64,000 nt of DNA from Magnetospiraceae bacterium (GTDB lineage: Bacteria; Pseudomonadota; Alphaproteobacteria; Rhodospirillales; JBMYUJ01), in assembly GCA_049605255.1 (NCBI GenBank), contig JBMYUJ010000004.1, positions 1,954 through 65,953 of the forward strand, read 5' to 3'. The notes under the pieces are model-generated. The model ran no database searches. It had not been told where the DNA came from and was given only the letters and a program-made list of their open reading frames with translations. How positions within the stretch are numbered: position 1 is the first letter of the stretch; every line of letters starts with the position of its first letter. This document shows, in pieces, positions 9,807 to 18,957 of this stretch. Made by a program: the position numbers and the translations under genes.

Positions 9807-11165
9807 ATGCCGCTTGATGCCTCCACCCCCATTACCGAAAAGACCCAACTCGTCGAGTATTTCGAAGGCGGCTGCAAGCCCAGCGACCAATGGCGCATTG
9901 GCACCGAGCACGAAAAGTTCGTCTATCGGTTGGATGACCTGCGCCCGCTGGATTACGAAGGGCCGCGCGGGGTGCGCGATGTGCTGGAGCGGCTTTCCAA
10001 ATTCGGATGGACTCCCATCTATGAAGGCGACAACCTGATCGCTCTGAAGGATGAGGCGGGCGCGTCCATTACCCTGGAACCGGGAGGACAATTGGAGCTT
10101 TCCGGCGCGCCGTTGCCGACCATTCATGCCACCTGCCGGGAAGTGGGTCAGCATCTGGACCAGGCGCGGGATGTGGCCCGCACCCTGCAAATCGGCATGC
10201 TCGGCATGGGCTATCAGCCGAAATGGGCGGCCGACGATGTGCCCTGGATGCCGAAGGGCCGCTATAAGATCATGCGCAACTACATGCCCAAGGTGGGTGG
10301 TTTGGGCCTGGATATGATGGTCAACACCTGCACGGTTCAGGTGAACCTGGATTTCGAAAGCGAAGCGTGCATGGTGGCGAAATTTCGCGTCGGCCTCGCC
10401 TTACAGCCGGTGGCCACCGCGCTGTTCGCCAACAGCCCCTTCCGTCATGGCATTCCCACCGGTTATGTGAGTTACCGCAGCCATGTCTGGACAGATGTGG
10501 ACCCCGACCGTACCGGCATGCTGCCCTTCGTGTTCGAAGACGGTTTCGGGTTCGAACGCTATGTGGATTACCTGCTCGATGTGCCCATGTATTTCGTCTA
10601 CCGCGATGGCACTTACATCGATGCCGCAGGGCAATCGTTCCGGGATTTCATGGCCGGGCGCCTGCCCGCGCTGCCGGGCGCGCTGCCCACGCTGAAGGAT
10701 TGGGAAGATCATCTCACCACCGCCTTCCCCGAAGTGCGGCTGAAACGTTATCTGGAAATGCGCGGCACCGATGGCGGGCCCTGGGGGCGGCTTTGCGCCC
10801 TGCCCGCGCTCTGGACCGGGCTGCTGTATGATAAAACCGCCCTGGGCGCGGCCATGGACCTGATCCAGGACTGGACCATCGAAGAGCATGACATGCTGCG
10901 CCGGGAGGTGCCGAAACACGGCCTGTTGACCGAATTCCGTGGCAGCACCGTGGGCGACCTGGCCTTGGAAGTTTTGGATATGGCCCATGAGGGCCTGAAA
11001 AACCGCAATATGCAGAACCGCCTGGGGCAAGACGAAACCATCTTCCTCAACCCCCTCTTCCGCATCGCCGAATCCAACCAGACCCCGGCGGAGGAACTCT
11101 TGTTCGCCTATCAGGGCCGGTGGCGTGGCAGCGTCGATCCCGTGTTCAAGGAATTCGCGTACTAA
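9807..11165 (+). CDS. gshA: Glutamate--cysteine ligase (plant/alphaproteobacterial GCS2 type)
   Basis: 452-aa ORF with an end-to-end resemblance to GCS2-family gamma-glutamylcysteine synthetases (IGTEHEKF..., [13 protein letters not shown]..., [16 protein letters not shown]). Confidence 0.9.
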   Translation: MPLDASTPITEKTQLVEYFEGGCKPSDQWRIGTEHEKFVYRLDDLRPLDYEGPRGVRDVLERLSKFGWTPIYEGDNLIALKDEAGASITLEPGGQLELSGAPLPTIHATCREVGQHLDQARDVARTLQIGMLGMGYQPKWAADDVPWMPKGRYKIMRNYMPKVGGLGLDMMVNTCTVQVNLDFESEACMVAKFRVGLALQPVATALFANSPFRHGIPTGYVSYRSHVWTDVDPDRTGMLPFVFEDGFGFERYVDYLLDVPMYFVYRDGTYIDAAGQSFRDFMAGRLPALPGALPTLKDWEDHLTTAFPEVRLKRYLEMRGTDGGPWGRLCALPALWTGLLYDKTALGAAMDLIQDWTIEEHDMLRREVPKHGLLTEFRGSTVGDLALEVLDMAHEGLKNRNMQNRLGQDETIFLNPLFRIAESNQTPAEELLFAYQGRWRGSVDPVFKEFAY

Positions 11166-11175
11166 AAAGGCTCTC

Positions 11176-11910
11176 ATGGACGTAAAGGAAGAGGATATCC
11201 TCGGACCCGCCGTGGCCGACCATTGGTATTATCGGTCGAAGGGGGCGGCGTTGTTGGATTTCCTTCCCGCTGACCCGGTCGATAGCGTGCTGGATGTGGG
11301 GGCCGGGTCGGGCGTTTTCAGCAAGCGATTGCTGGAGGCGGGGCGGGCGGATCAGGCGATTTGCGTGGACCCTGCCTACCCAGAGGAGCGGGAGGAAACC
11401 CATCATGGGCATGCGCTCCTGTTTCGCCATCAAGCGCCGCCAGGCGACCATCGTCTCATTTTGATGATGGATGTGTTGGAGCATGTGGCGGATGATCTGG
11501 CCCTGCTGCATGCCTATGCCAACGCATTGCCACCCGGGGGGCGGGTGTTGATCACCGTGCCGGCCTTCCAATTTCTGTGGTCGGGCCATGATGAATTTTT
11601 GGAACATTACCGCCGCTATACCCTGGCCCAGGTGGAGAACTTGGTCTCCCGGGCGGGCTTGCGGGTGGTCAAAGGGCGGTATTTGTTCGGCGCATTGTTC
11701 CCTCTGATCGCGGCGCTGCGCTTGGCGCATCGGATATCCGGCAAAAAACCCGAAAGCGATTTGAAGCCGGCGGCGGGTTGGGTAAATCGCATGTTGATCG
11801 GTGTGCATTGGGCAGAGCAGCGGCTGCTATTCCCCGTAAATCGTTGGGCCGGCTTGACCGTGTTTTGCCTCGCCGAAAGGGACCCGAGCTTTATAATTTC
11901 CGGCACATGA
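11176..11910 (+). CDS. Class I SAM-dependent methyltransferase
   Basis: ORF 11125..11910. The ATG at 11176 gives MDVKEEDILGP.... VLDVGAGSGVFSKRLLE is SAM-binding motif I. The 3' end overlaps the convergent GNAT gene by 20 nt. Confidence 0.7.
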   Translation: MDVKEEDILGPAVADHWYYRSKGAALLDFLPADPVDSVLDVGAGSGVFSKRLLEAGRADQAICVDPAYPEEREETHHGHALLFRHQAPPGDHRLILMMDVLEHVADDLALLHAYANALPPGGRVLITVPAFQFLWSGHDEFLEHYRRYTLAQVENLVSRAGLRVVKGRYLFGALFPLIAALRLAHRISGKKPESDLKPAAGWVNRMLIGVHWAEQRLLFPVNRWAGLTVFCLAERDPSFIISGT

Positions 11911-12331
11911 CTACCGCGCTATCTGGGCAGAGATGGGAGAATTCCGCGGTTTTTCGGATCGCGGGGGGCGTTTCGGCGCGGGGGATGGTCGCAAATCCCC
12001 GACGGTGGAAATAGGGTTTCGCCGTATTGGTCAGCAGGTAAACGGCGGAATGGCCCGCTTTCTGGGCATAGGTCAGACTCGCCTCAACCAGGGCGGTGCC
12101 CAGGCCCGCACCGCGCTGATCCGTGCGCACGGCCAGGGACCGCAGCAGGCCGAGATCGCCGTGACACTCCACGCCCCCGCAGGCCAGAAGGTCGCCCGAT
12201 TCTGTCTGGGCCAGGAAAAACCGCGCAGGCGCGGAAGGCAAATCCTCGGTTGGCAGGCCGTTTGCGGTCAGCAAAGCGGTGATGGCCGGGAAATCTTCCG
12301 GTCGCGCGATCCGAACGGAAAACCCGCTCAC
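11891..12331 (-). CDS. GNAT-family N-acetyltransferase (ArsN2-like)
   Basis: C-terminal 146 aa of ORF 11891..12571: VRIARPEDFPAITALL...LRSLAVRTDQRGAGLGTALV...FSHLCPDSAVVM. It has the GNAT acetyl-CoA motif (Q/RxxGxG). GTG 12331..12329 overlaps the upstream gene's TGA. Confidence 0.75.
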   Translation of the reverse strand: MSGFSVRIARPEDFPAITALLTANGLPTEDLPSAPARFFLAQTESGDLLACGGVECHGDLGLLRSLAVRTDQRGAGLGTALVEASLTYAQKAGHSAVYLLTNTAKPYFHRRGFATIPRAETPPAIRKTAEFSHLCPDSAVVMCRKL

Positions 12332-13095
12332 GCCTCTTGCGGCGGTACCAGCTCCCGATAGGCATGCCAGGTGGCATAGGCCAGCACGGGCACGGCCACC
12401 GCCAGCCCCACCAGGGCGAGGGAGATGCCGAACCAGACCAGAAGGGCGATGGTAAAGGCCCAGCTCCACATCACATGGCTGTTGCGCAGCACGGCGCGGA
12501 TGCTCAGCATCACCGCTTCCACCGGCTCCAGGTCGCGGTCGATCAGCGAGGGGAAGGAGATCGCCCCGCATAAAAAAACCACGGCGGCAAAGAACAGGCC
12601 GATCAGCGAGCCCACCATGATCATGGCGAATCCTTCGCTGGTCAGGAGCTGTTCCACCACGCCGTCAATGGAATGGGTGCCAGAGCCCACGGCGATCCCG
12701 AAGACCAAGGACCCGATCAGGAACCAGGCCATCATCACGATGAGCAATGCCATGACCATCAGGCCGACCCGGCGGGGGCGTTTGCGCCACGCATCCCAGG
12801 TGGAGAAGAAGGTGGGTTTCTCGCCTTTTTCCAACTGGGAACTCACCTCATAAAGGCCAAGGGACATGAACGGCGCAAACAGCGCGAAGCCCCCGATCAG
12901 CGGCATCACCACATAAATCATACTGGCCTGCATGGCCATCCAGACCAGGGCATAGCCCGCAATGACGAACAAAGCGCCGTAGGTCAGGCTGACCGGCATG
13001 GCCTTTTTGAAATCCGCCCAACCGGAAAACAGCCAGCGCGCGGGCGCTTCCAGGTCCACCACGGCAATGGGTGTGTCATCAAAAACCGCCGACAT
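12328..13095 (-). CDS. DUF2189-like integral membrane protein
   Basis: 255-aa ORF with multiple hydrophobic helices. The N-terminus DLEAPARWLFSGWADFKKAMPVSLTYGALFV resembles DUF2189 proteins (from memory). Confidence 0.65.
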   Translation of the reverse strand: MSAVFDDTPIAVVDLEAPARWLFSGWADFKKAMPVSLTYGALFVIAGYALVWMAMQASMIYVVMPLIGGFALFAPFMSLGLYEVSSQLEKGEKPTFFSTWDAWRKRPRRVGLMVMALLIVMMAWFLIGSLVFGIAVGSGTHSIDGVVEQLLTSEGFAMIMVGSLIGLFFAAVVFLCGAISFPSLIDRDLEPVEAVMLSIRAVLRNSHVMWSWAFTIALLVWFGISLALVGLAVAVPVLAYATWHAYRELVPPQEA

Positions 13096-13256
13096 CCGGG
13101 CTCTCTCCCCTTGGTTGATCGAACATTCAACTTTGCTTGATTTCCGGCCAGACTATACGGGTATGGCGCGCAGAAGCAAGAACCATGGGGGCTGCACAGC
13201 CCGGAAAGAAACCGCTACACTATGGCCCAGAAAAGAGGACCCGGGAGGATAGACCC

Positions 13257-13931
13257 ATGACCCATCAACCCAGATTCGCTGTCGTGCTGTCCGGCTGCGG
13301 CGTGTATGACGGCGCGGAAATCCACGAAGCCGTGCTGACCCTGCTGGCCATTCAGAAAAACGGCGGCAATTACGATTGCTTCGCCCCCGATGTGGACCAG
13401 CATCATGTGATCAACCATCGCACCGGCGATGAAATGCCCGAAACCCGCAATGTGCTCACGGAATCGGCGCGTATCGCCCGGGGCGCCATTGCGCCGCTCG
13501 CCGATTTCAACGCGGCGGATTACGATGCCATCATCTTTCCCGGCGGATTCGGGGCGGCAAAAAACCTGTGCACCTTTGCCTTCGATGGGGCCGATTGCAC
13601 AGTGAATGACGATGTGGCCCAGGCGGTGGCGGCCATGGTCGCGGCGGGTAAGCCCATCGGCGCGCTGTGCATCGCCCCGGCCTTGATGGCGAAAGTGATG
13701 GCGGGTGCCACGCTGACCATCGGGCAGGACGAGGGTACCGCCCAGGCCATCGAATCCATGGGCGCCAAGCATCAGAAGACCACCCATGCGGAAGTGGTGG
13801 TGGACCCGGCTCGCAAGCTGGTCACCTCGCCCTGCTATATGCTGGATGCCACCATCAGCCAGATCGCCGAGGGCGCGGATAACGCGGTCAGGGCGGTCTT
13901 GGGGCTTATGGAGACGCGGAAGGCCGCTTGA
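13257..13931 (+). CDS. elbB: DJ-1/PfpI-superfamily glyoxalase ElbB
   Basis: From ATG 13257, MTHQPRFAVVLSGCGVYDGAEIHEAVLTLLAIQKNGG...FPGGFGAAKNL...CIAPA is very close to the E. coli ElbB pattern. GGGAGGA lies upstream. The ORF-track start at 13137 over-extends. Confidence 0.8.
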   Translation: MTHQPRFAVVLSGCGVYDGAEIHEAVLTLLAIQKNGGNYDCFAPDVDQHHVINHRTGDEMPETRNVLTESARIARGAIAPLADFNAADYDAIIFPGGFGAAKNLCTFAFDGADCTVNDDVAQAVAAMVAAGKPIGALCIAPALMAKVMAGATLTIGQDEGTAQAIESMGAKHQKTTHAEVVVDPARKLVTSPCYMLDATISQIAEGADNAVRAVLGLMETRKAA

Positions 13932-15213
13932 ACACCGCCACCAGCTCCACATGGGCAGCGAAGGGGAATTGATCGACGGGGGTGACCTTATCCAGGTGAT
14001 ATCCCCCGTCGGCAAGAAGGCGCGCGTCTCGGACGAAAGTGGCGGGGTTGCAGGAAACCCCGACGACGACGGGCACCTGCGAAGCGGCAATCGCCTCGGC
14101 CAACACCTTGGCCCCCGCCCGGGGCGGATCGAACACCAACCCATCCAGGCCCGCCAGATCCGCCGGCGTTGGCGGTTGACGGGTCAGGTCCCGTTTGAGA
14201 ACGGTGAGGCGTCCCGCCCGGCCCGGGTCGCGCGCGGCGGCCTGCAAGGTGGCGATGGCCCCCGCATCGCCTTCATATGCGGTCACCCGCCGGGTATCCT
14301 CCTTCGCCAGCAGCGCCAGCGCAAAAGTGCCCGATCCGGCATGAAAATCCGCGATCCGCTGGCGTCCCGCCAGGGCATCGCAGACCAGGTCGGTCAAAAT
14401 CGCCGCGCCTTCCGCGCTGGGTTGCAAGAACCCGCCCGGGGGAAGGGGCACGCCCGCGCCGCCGAAATCCGCCAAGACAGGGGCGCGCTGCGCCAGGAGT
14501 TCCGGCGCGTCCTCGGGCTTGTGCCGCCAGGTCAGGCGGGCGATCTGCGCCTCCTCAGCAAAGCGGGACAAAGCCTCGCGCCCCGCCAGGTCTGGCCCTT
14601 TGGGCAGGGTAAGGACCATATCCACCGTCTTCCCCACGGCGGTAACTGCGATATCGGCGCTGGCCCCCGGCGCCAAAAGCAGGGCGAGGATCTGGCGCAA
14701 GGGGGCAAGCACCCGATTGAGTGGCGCCACCAACAGCGGGCAATGGTCCACATCCATGATCTGATGGCTGGCCCGGGCGTTGAAGCCCAGGATCACGCCC
14801 TTGGCGATCCGGCGCGCCGCCAGGGTAGCCCGCCGCCGCGACGGTACCGGTGTTTTGCGCAAAGGGCCGAGGCCGATCTCAAAGCCCCGCTTTTGCAAGG
14901 CCTCCCGCACCAGTCCCGTTTTCCAGGCATCGTAAAAATCCGGCGCCAGGTGCTGCACGGCGCAGCCGCCGCAGCTTCCAAAATGGGGGCAGAGCGGGTC
15001 GGCTCTGTGTGGTCCGGCCCGTGTGATCCGATCCAGCCGACAGGCAAGGCCATCGCCCCGCGCCGCCTCCGTGGTCACCGCCACTTGGTCGCCCGGCGCG
15101 GTGAACGGGATATAGAGCGGGGTGCCGTTATGGACCGCCAGTCCATCCCCGCGCGCGCCCAGGGCGTCGACGGTTACGGTGAGGCTATGTGATTTAAATT
15201 TCGTTTTTTTCAA
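13906..15213 (-). CDS. TRAM-domain class I SAM-dependent RNA (uracil-5) methyltransferase (RlmD/RumA family)
   Basis: 435-aa ORF with an N-terminal TRAM-like segment, a Cys cluster (CPHFGSCGGCAVQHL) and a SAM fold (DFHAGSGTFALAL, FDPPRAGA, SCNPATF). The TTG start at 15213 overlaps the upstream TGA (TTGA). Confidence 0.8.
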   Translation of the reverse strand: MKKTKFKSHSLTVTVDALGARGDGLAVHNGTPLYIPFTAPGDQVAVTTEAARGDGLACRLDRITRAGPHRADPLCPHFGSCGGCAVQHLAPDFYDAWKTGLVREALQKRGFEIGLGPLRKTPVPSRRRATLAARRIAKGVILGFNARASHQIMDVDHCPLLVAPLNRVLAPLRQILALLLAPGASADIAVTAVGKTVDMVLTLPKGPDLAGREALSRFAEEAQIARLTWRHKPEDAPELLAQRAPVLADFGGAGVPLPPGGFLQPSAEGAAILTDLVCDALAGRQRIADFHAGSGTFALALLAKEDTRRVTAYEGDAGAIATLQAAARDPGRAGRLTVLKRDLTRQPPTPADLAGLDGLVFDPPRAGAKVLAEAIAASQVPVVVGVSCNPATFVRDARLLADGGYHLDKVTPVDQFPFAAHVELVAVFKRPSASP

Positions 15214-15806
15214 AGCGCTTGAGCAATATCGCTAAGAAACTGCATAAAGATACGATCTGCGGCTTGGTTCAGCGCTTCCACCGTGGCATCCACCGAATCT
15301 TCGGTCAGGGGCACCGATTCCGCGTAGGGTTTCAAAACGGTCATGTGATAGTCCCGGTCGCCGCGCAAGCCCAGTTCCATTTGCAACATGGCCTGGGGTT
15401 GGGCGCCGATGCTCTGTTCCAGCCGCAAGATACGACCCGTAATCACCCAATCCGCATCCACACGCAGATCGGGGCGCACCACGGACCCGCTCAGGCCCGA
15501 TTGGCGGATCAATTCGGCGAGCCGCTCGCGCAGCAGGTCCCCCGGTGGTTCCGCCCAGAGGTGATAGCGATATTCCACCAGCTTGTTGGGCGCGGCAGCC
15601 TCCGTATAAAGCAGCTGCCGTCCGCCGGTAATACCCGCAGCGGTAAACCGATCGACCATCACCACGCCGTTGAGGGCGCGCGGCGCCTGGGGGATTTCCG
15701 CCGAAGATCCGGTGAACCGGTAAAACAGGTCGGGTGGCGCGGGCGGGGCGGCGGTGCAGCCCGTCAGAACAGCAAGCAGGGCAAAGCTGGCAAGGAATTT
15801 TCTCAT
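15210..15806 (-). CDS. ABC-transport auxiliary lipoprotein (PqiC/DUF330-like)
   Basis: 198 aa with a lipobox signal peptide, MRKFLASFALLAVLTGC. It sits immediately after the MCE protein with an ATGA overlap. Confidence 0.7.
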   Translation of the reverse strand: MRKFLASFALLAVLTGCTAAPPAPPDLFYRFTGSSAEIPQAPRALNGVVMVDRFTAAGITGGRQLLYTEAAAPNKLVEYRYHLWAEPPGDLLRERLAELIRQSGLSGSVVRPDLRVDADWVITGRILRLEQSIGAQPQAMLQMELGLRGDRDYHMTVLKPYAESVPLTEDSVDATVEALNQAADRIFMQFLSDIAQAL

Positions 15807-16948
15807 CGGCGGGTCCCCCGGTCGTCGCCGGTCTCGCTGCCGCGCAGCAGGATACTGGGATCATTGCGTAATCGCCGTCCCAGTTCGTTGAAGTTGCGGC
15901 TGGCGCCTTCCACATTGGCGGCGATGGAATCGATATGGCGGGCCAAGGCGTCGCTCACATGGCGCAGGTCGGCCAGCATGGCGCGCACCGCCTTGCTGTT
16001 CTCCTTCACGGCCAGATCGACGGTTTCCGCCGCGCCCTTTACGGTGCCGACGATGGCATTGGCATTGGCCACCATGCTATCCGCGTTCTTGGTGATATTG
16101 GTGACGTTCTTCACCAGGCCCTTGGCGTCGGTCACCAGGCCGTCCACATTTTTCACCACGCCGCCCACGTCGCCAATCACGCCGTTTGCGTCATCCACGG
16201 TGCCGTCCACCTTGGCCAGCGTCTGACCCAAAACCGCCGACAAGCCGCGCAAATCGCTGACCAACTTGTTAGTATTGGCCAAGATGCCGGGAATGCTGTT
16301 GGGATTATCGCTGTTGGCCACGTCGCTGAGCGCGGCGAGGGTCAGCGCCAATTCATCCAAAATCTTGGGCAGGCGCTTGTTTAAATGGCCCAAGGTGACC
16401 TTCACCTCGGTGATCAGCTTGCCGCCATCGCCTTCCAGAAGGACCGCGATATCGGTGCTGACCCGCTCTACCGCGATCAATACCGGTTTCAGGTCCCGCC
16501 CCAGTTCGGCCACCTGGGCCGCCACCGTGGTCAGGGAATTGAAGATGTTGGATGCTTCCTCGCTCGGGATTTCCGCCCCTTGGGCCAGGGCGACGGTGCT
16601 ATCGCCCGCATGGATATTGATCACGATGGGAGACAACAAGGTGGGTGCCTCGATCCGGGCGATGGAATCATCGGGGATGATCCAATCGTCATCGATGCTG
16701 AGGATAATTTCGAACCGCATCTGCCCGCTGCGCTCCACCGGGTTGACCGTTTCCACCTGGCCGATGCGATAACCTTCGTACAGAACCTGGGTGCCGTATT
16801 TGATGCCGGTCACGTTGTCGTAAACGGTAAGATATTGCACTGTGGCGCCGCGCTGCCCGGTCAGGAAGGAGATGGAGGTAATCACCCCGGCGAGGATTAT
16901 GACGACAAACAGGCCGATGATGACATAATTGAATTTATTGCTTTTCAT
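15803..16948 (-). CDS. MlaD/MCE-domain protein (substrate-binding component of an Mla/Pqi-type transporter)
   Basis: 381 aa. It has an N-terminal TM helix, then an MCE-domain pattern (VTGIKYGTQVLYEGYRIGQVETV), followed by a long repetitive helical C-terminus. Confidence 0.85.
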   Translation of the reverse strand: MKSNKFNYVIIGLFVVIILAGVITSISFLTGQRGATVQYLTVYDNVTGIKYGTQVLYEGYRIGQVETVNPVERSGQMRFEIILSIDDDWIIPDDSIARIEAPTLLSPIVINIHAGDSTVALAQGAEIPSEEASNIFNSLTTVAAQVAELGRDLKPVLIAVERVSTDIAVLLEGDGGKLITEVKVTLGHLNKRLPKILDELALTLAALSDVANSDNPNSIPGILANTNKLVSDLRGLSAVLGQTLAKVDGTVDDANGVIGDVGGVVKNVDGLVTDAKGLVKNVTNITKNADSMVANANAIVGTVKGAAETVDLAVKENSKAVRAMLADLRHVSDALARHIDSIAANVEGASRNFNELGRRLRNDPSILLRGSETGDDRGTRR

Positions 16949-16964
16949 GGTTTCGTCATCCGTC

Positions 16965-17801
16965 CTACAAGCGCCGCGCGGTATCCGCCGAGGTATCCAC
17001 CGCCACGCCGGTCAAGCGTTCCAAATATTCGTCGGGCCGCAGTATATCTTCCTCCGTGCGCCGGTTAAGCAGGTTTTGCACCCGTTCATTTTTGCTGTCC
17101 TTCACCTCGGCCACCGTGCCCAGGAACAAAAGGTCCCCTTTATCCAGCACGGCGATGCGGTCGGCGATCTTGAAGGCGCTTTCCAATTCATGGGTCACCA
17201 CCACGATGGTCATATCCATGGCGGCGCGCAGATCCAACAGCAAATCATCGATCTGGGCGGAAACCACCGGGTCCAACCCAGCGGAAGGTTCATCGCAAAA
17301 CAACAATTTGGGATCCATGATGATGGCCCGCGCCAGGGCCGCGCGTTTCAGCATGCCGCCCGAAAGCTCCGACGGCATGAGATCGCCGAACCCGGCCAGG
17401 TCCACCACTTCCAGCTTCAGGCGCGCCATGATTTCCTGGGTTTGCGGGTCCAGTTTCGTGTGTTCCGACAGGGGCAGCATGATGTTCTGCGCGACCGTGA
17501 GGGAACTCAGCAAGGCCCCACCCTGAAAGGCCACACCCATTTCGCGGCGCAGGGCCAGCAGCTCCTTCAAGCCCAAGCTGGACGTATCTTGCCCCAGAAT
17601 TTTCACCGAACCAGAAGTGCGGATTTCCAAACCCAATAAATGGCGCAAGAAGGTACTTTTACCCGAGCCGCTACCGCCCATGATCACCAAGACCTCACCC
17701 GCCGCGATATCCAGGCTGATGCCATTCAGAATCTTGCGGCTGCCGTAATGGGCCACCAGGTCGCGCACCTCGATGATGGGGGCCGTATTTGTATCGGTCA
17801 C
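16965..17801 (-). CDS. ABC transporter ATP-binding protein (MlaF-like)
   Basis: Walker A GGSGSGKST, signature LSGGMLKRAALARA, Walker B LLFCDEPSAGLD. GTG 17801 is preceded by AGGAG. The ORF-track start at 17927 over-extends into the permease gene. Confidence 0.9.
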   Translation of the reverse strand: MTDTNTAPIIEVRDLVAHYGSRKILNGISLDIAAGEVLVIMGGSGSGKSTFLRHLLGLEIRTSGSVKILGQDTSSLGLKELLALRREMGVAFQGGALLSSLTVAQNIMLPLSEHTKLDPQTQEIMARLKLEVVDLAGFGDLMPSELSGGMLKRAALARAIIMDPKLLFCDEPSAGLDPVVSAQIDDLLLDLRAAMDMTIVVVTHELESAFKIADRIAVLDKGDLLFLGTVAEVKDSKNERVQNLLNRRTEEDILRPDEYLERLTGVAVDTSADTARRL

Positions 17802-17812
17802 GGGCGCTCCTC

Positions 17813-18631
17813 TTAATGGGTGGTCAGGAAAACGAACAGCATATCGGTCACCACGATGGCGGAAATGGCCTGCACCACCGATCGGGTGGTCGCCTTGCCC
17901 ACCCCTTCGGCGCCGCCCTCGACCCAAACCCCGTTGGCGACCCCGATGAGCGTGATCTGCGCGGCAAAAATCACACTCTTGCCCAACCCGTGGAACAAGT
18001 CATCGACCGACAGGAAATCCACCACGTCTTGGAAGTAAGCGGGCAGACTCAGGCCCAGTTCGATGGACACATACAGCCCCGCCGCAGCCAGCCCCATCAC
18101 ATCGGCAAAAAAGGTGAGGCAGGGCACCATGACCATCATTGCCAGCAAAGCCGGGACCACCAGATAACGCACCGGGTTGATGCCCATGACCCGCAGAGCA
18201 TCGATCTCTTGATTGATTTTCATGGTGCCGATGCGGGCCGCCAGGGCAGACCCAGACCGGCCCGCCACCAGAATACCGGTGATGAGCGCCGCGAACTCCC
18301 GCACGACGGAAATGGCGATGCCGAAGGTCACATGCCCCTCGGCGCCGAAAATCCGTAAGGTGTAAATGCCCTGGATGGCCAGCATCACGCCGATGGTGGC
18401 GGATAGCACGCCGACGATGGGGATGGCGCGGATGCCCACCTCCATCATTTCCATAAACACGGCGTTGACCCGAACGGGCTGTTTGTAGCGGGGCCCGGCA
18501 ATCAGCCAAAAAGCGCTTTCCACCAACAGGGTGGCGCCATAGCCCAATTCCTCCACCATGCGGGCGGTGCCGCGACCAAGGCGTTCCAGGAAACGAAGAA
18601 CGGGGCTGGGGGAGGACGGCGAATCACTCAT
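17813..18631 (-). CDS. MlaE-family ABC transporter permease
   Basis: 272-aa hydrophobic ORF with an MlaE/YrbE-like pattern (IAISVVREFAALITGILVAGRSGSALAARIGTMKINQEIDAL). Confidence 0.85.
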   Translation of the reverse strand: MSDSPSSPSPVLRFLERLGRGTARMVEELGYGATLLVESAFWLIAGPRYKQPVRVNAVFMEMMEVGIRAIPIVGVLSATIGVMLAIQGIYTLRIFGAEGHVTFGIAISVVREFAALITGILVAGRSGSALAARIGTMKINQEIDALRVMGINPVRYLVVPALLAMMVMVPCLTFFADVMGLAAAGLYVSIELGLSLPAYFQDVVDFLSVDDLFHGLGKSVIFAAQITLIGVANGVWVEGGAEGVGKATTRSVVQAISAIVVTDMLFVFLTTH

Positions 18632-18957
18632 GCGGTGGCGAGCGCTTCATCCAGGGTGTCGACGATGGTGAACACCTTATCCAGCCGGGCCAGCTTCAAC
18701 GCCCGCAGGGCCTTGTCGTTCACCGCCGCCAGCACCAGGGTTTGTTTTTCGGCCCGCGCTTTTTGAAAAGCCTCGATCAGGCTGGCGATGCCGGAACTGT
18801 CGATATACGGCACGGCGGACAGGTCCACCACCACCAGCGGGCTTTCCTTCACCGCGGTTAAAAGCGCTTCCCGCGCGGCGCGGGAGGTATCCAAATCCAC
18901 ATCCCCCTCGAAGGCGACTATCAGCGCGGCCCCAGACCGGGTCGTTTGCGTTTTCAT
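18628..18957 (-). CDS. STAS-domain protein (anti-sigma-factor antagonist SpoIIAA/RsbV type; positionally MlaB-like)
   Basis: 109 aa with VVDLSAVPYIDSSGIASLIEAF, the conserved DSSG phospho-serine motif of SpoIIAA/RsbV. ATGA overlaps occur at both ends (18954..18957 and 18628..18631). Confidence 0.8.
   Translation of the reverse strand: MKTQTTRSGAALIVAFEGDVDLDTSRAAREALLTAVKESPLVVVDLSAVPYIDSSGIASLIEAFQKARAEKQTLVLAAVNDKALRALKLARLDKVFTIVDTLDEALATA

Noticed and set aside
13786-15192. 468-aa plus-strand ORF antisense to the RumA-like methyltransferase. Similar antisense ORFs occur at 34107..35525, 45972..47399, 24181..25347, 57051..58238, 31428..32630 and 40..41 kb.
   Set aside because: All are mirror frames of well-supported genes, with Arg/Gly/Pro/His-rich compositions and no family resemblance.
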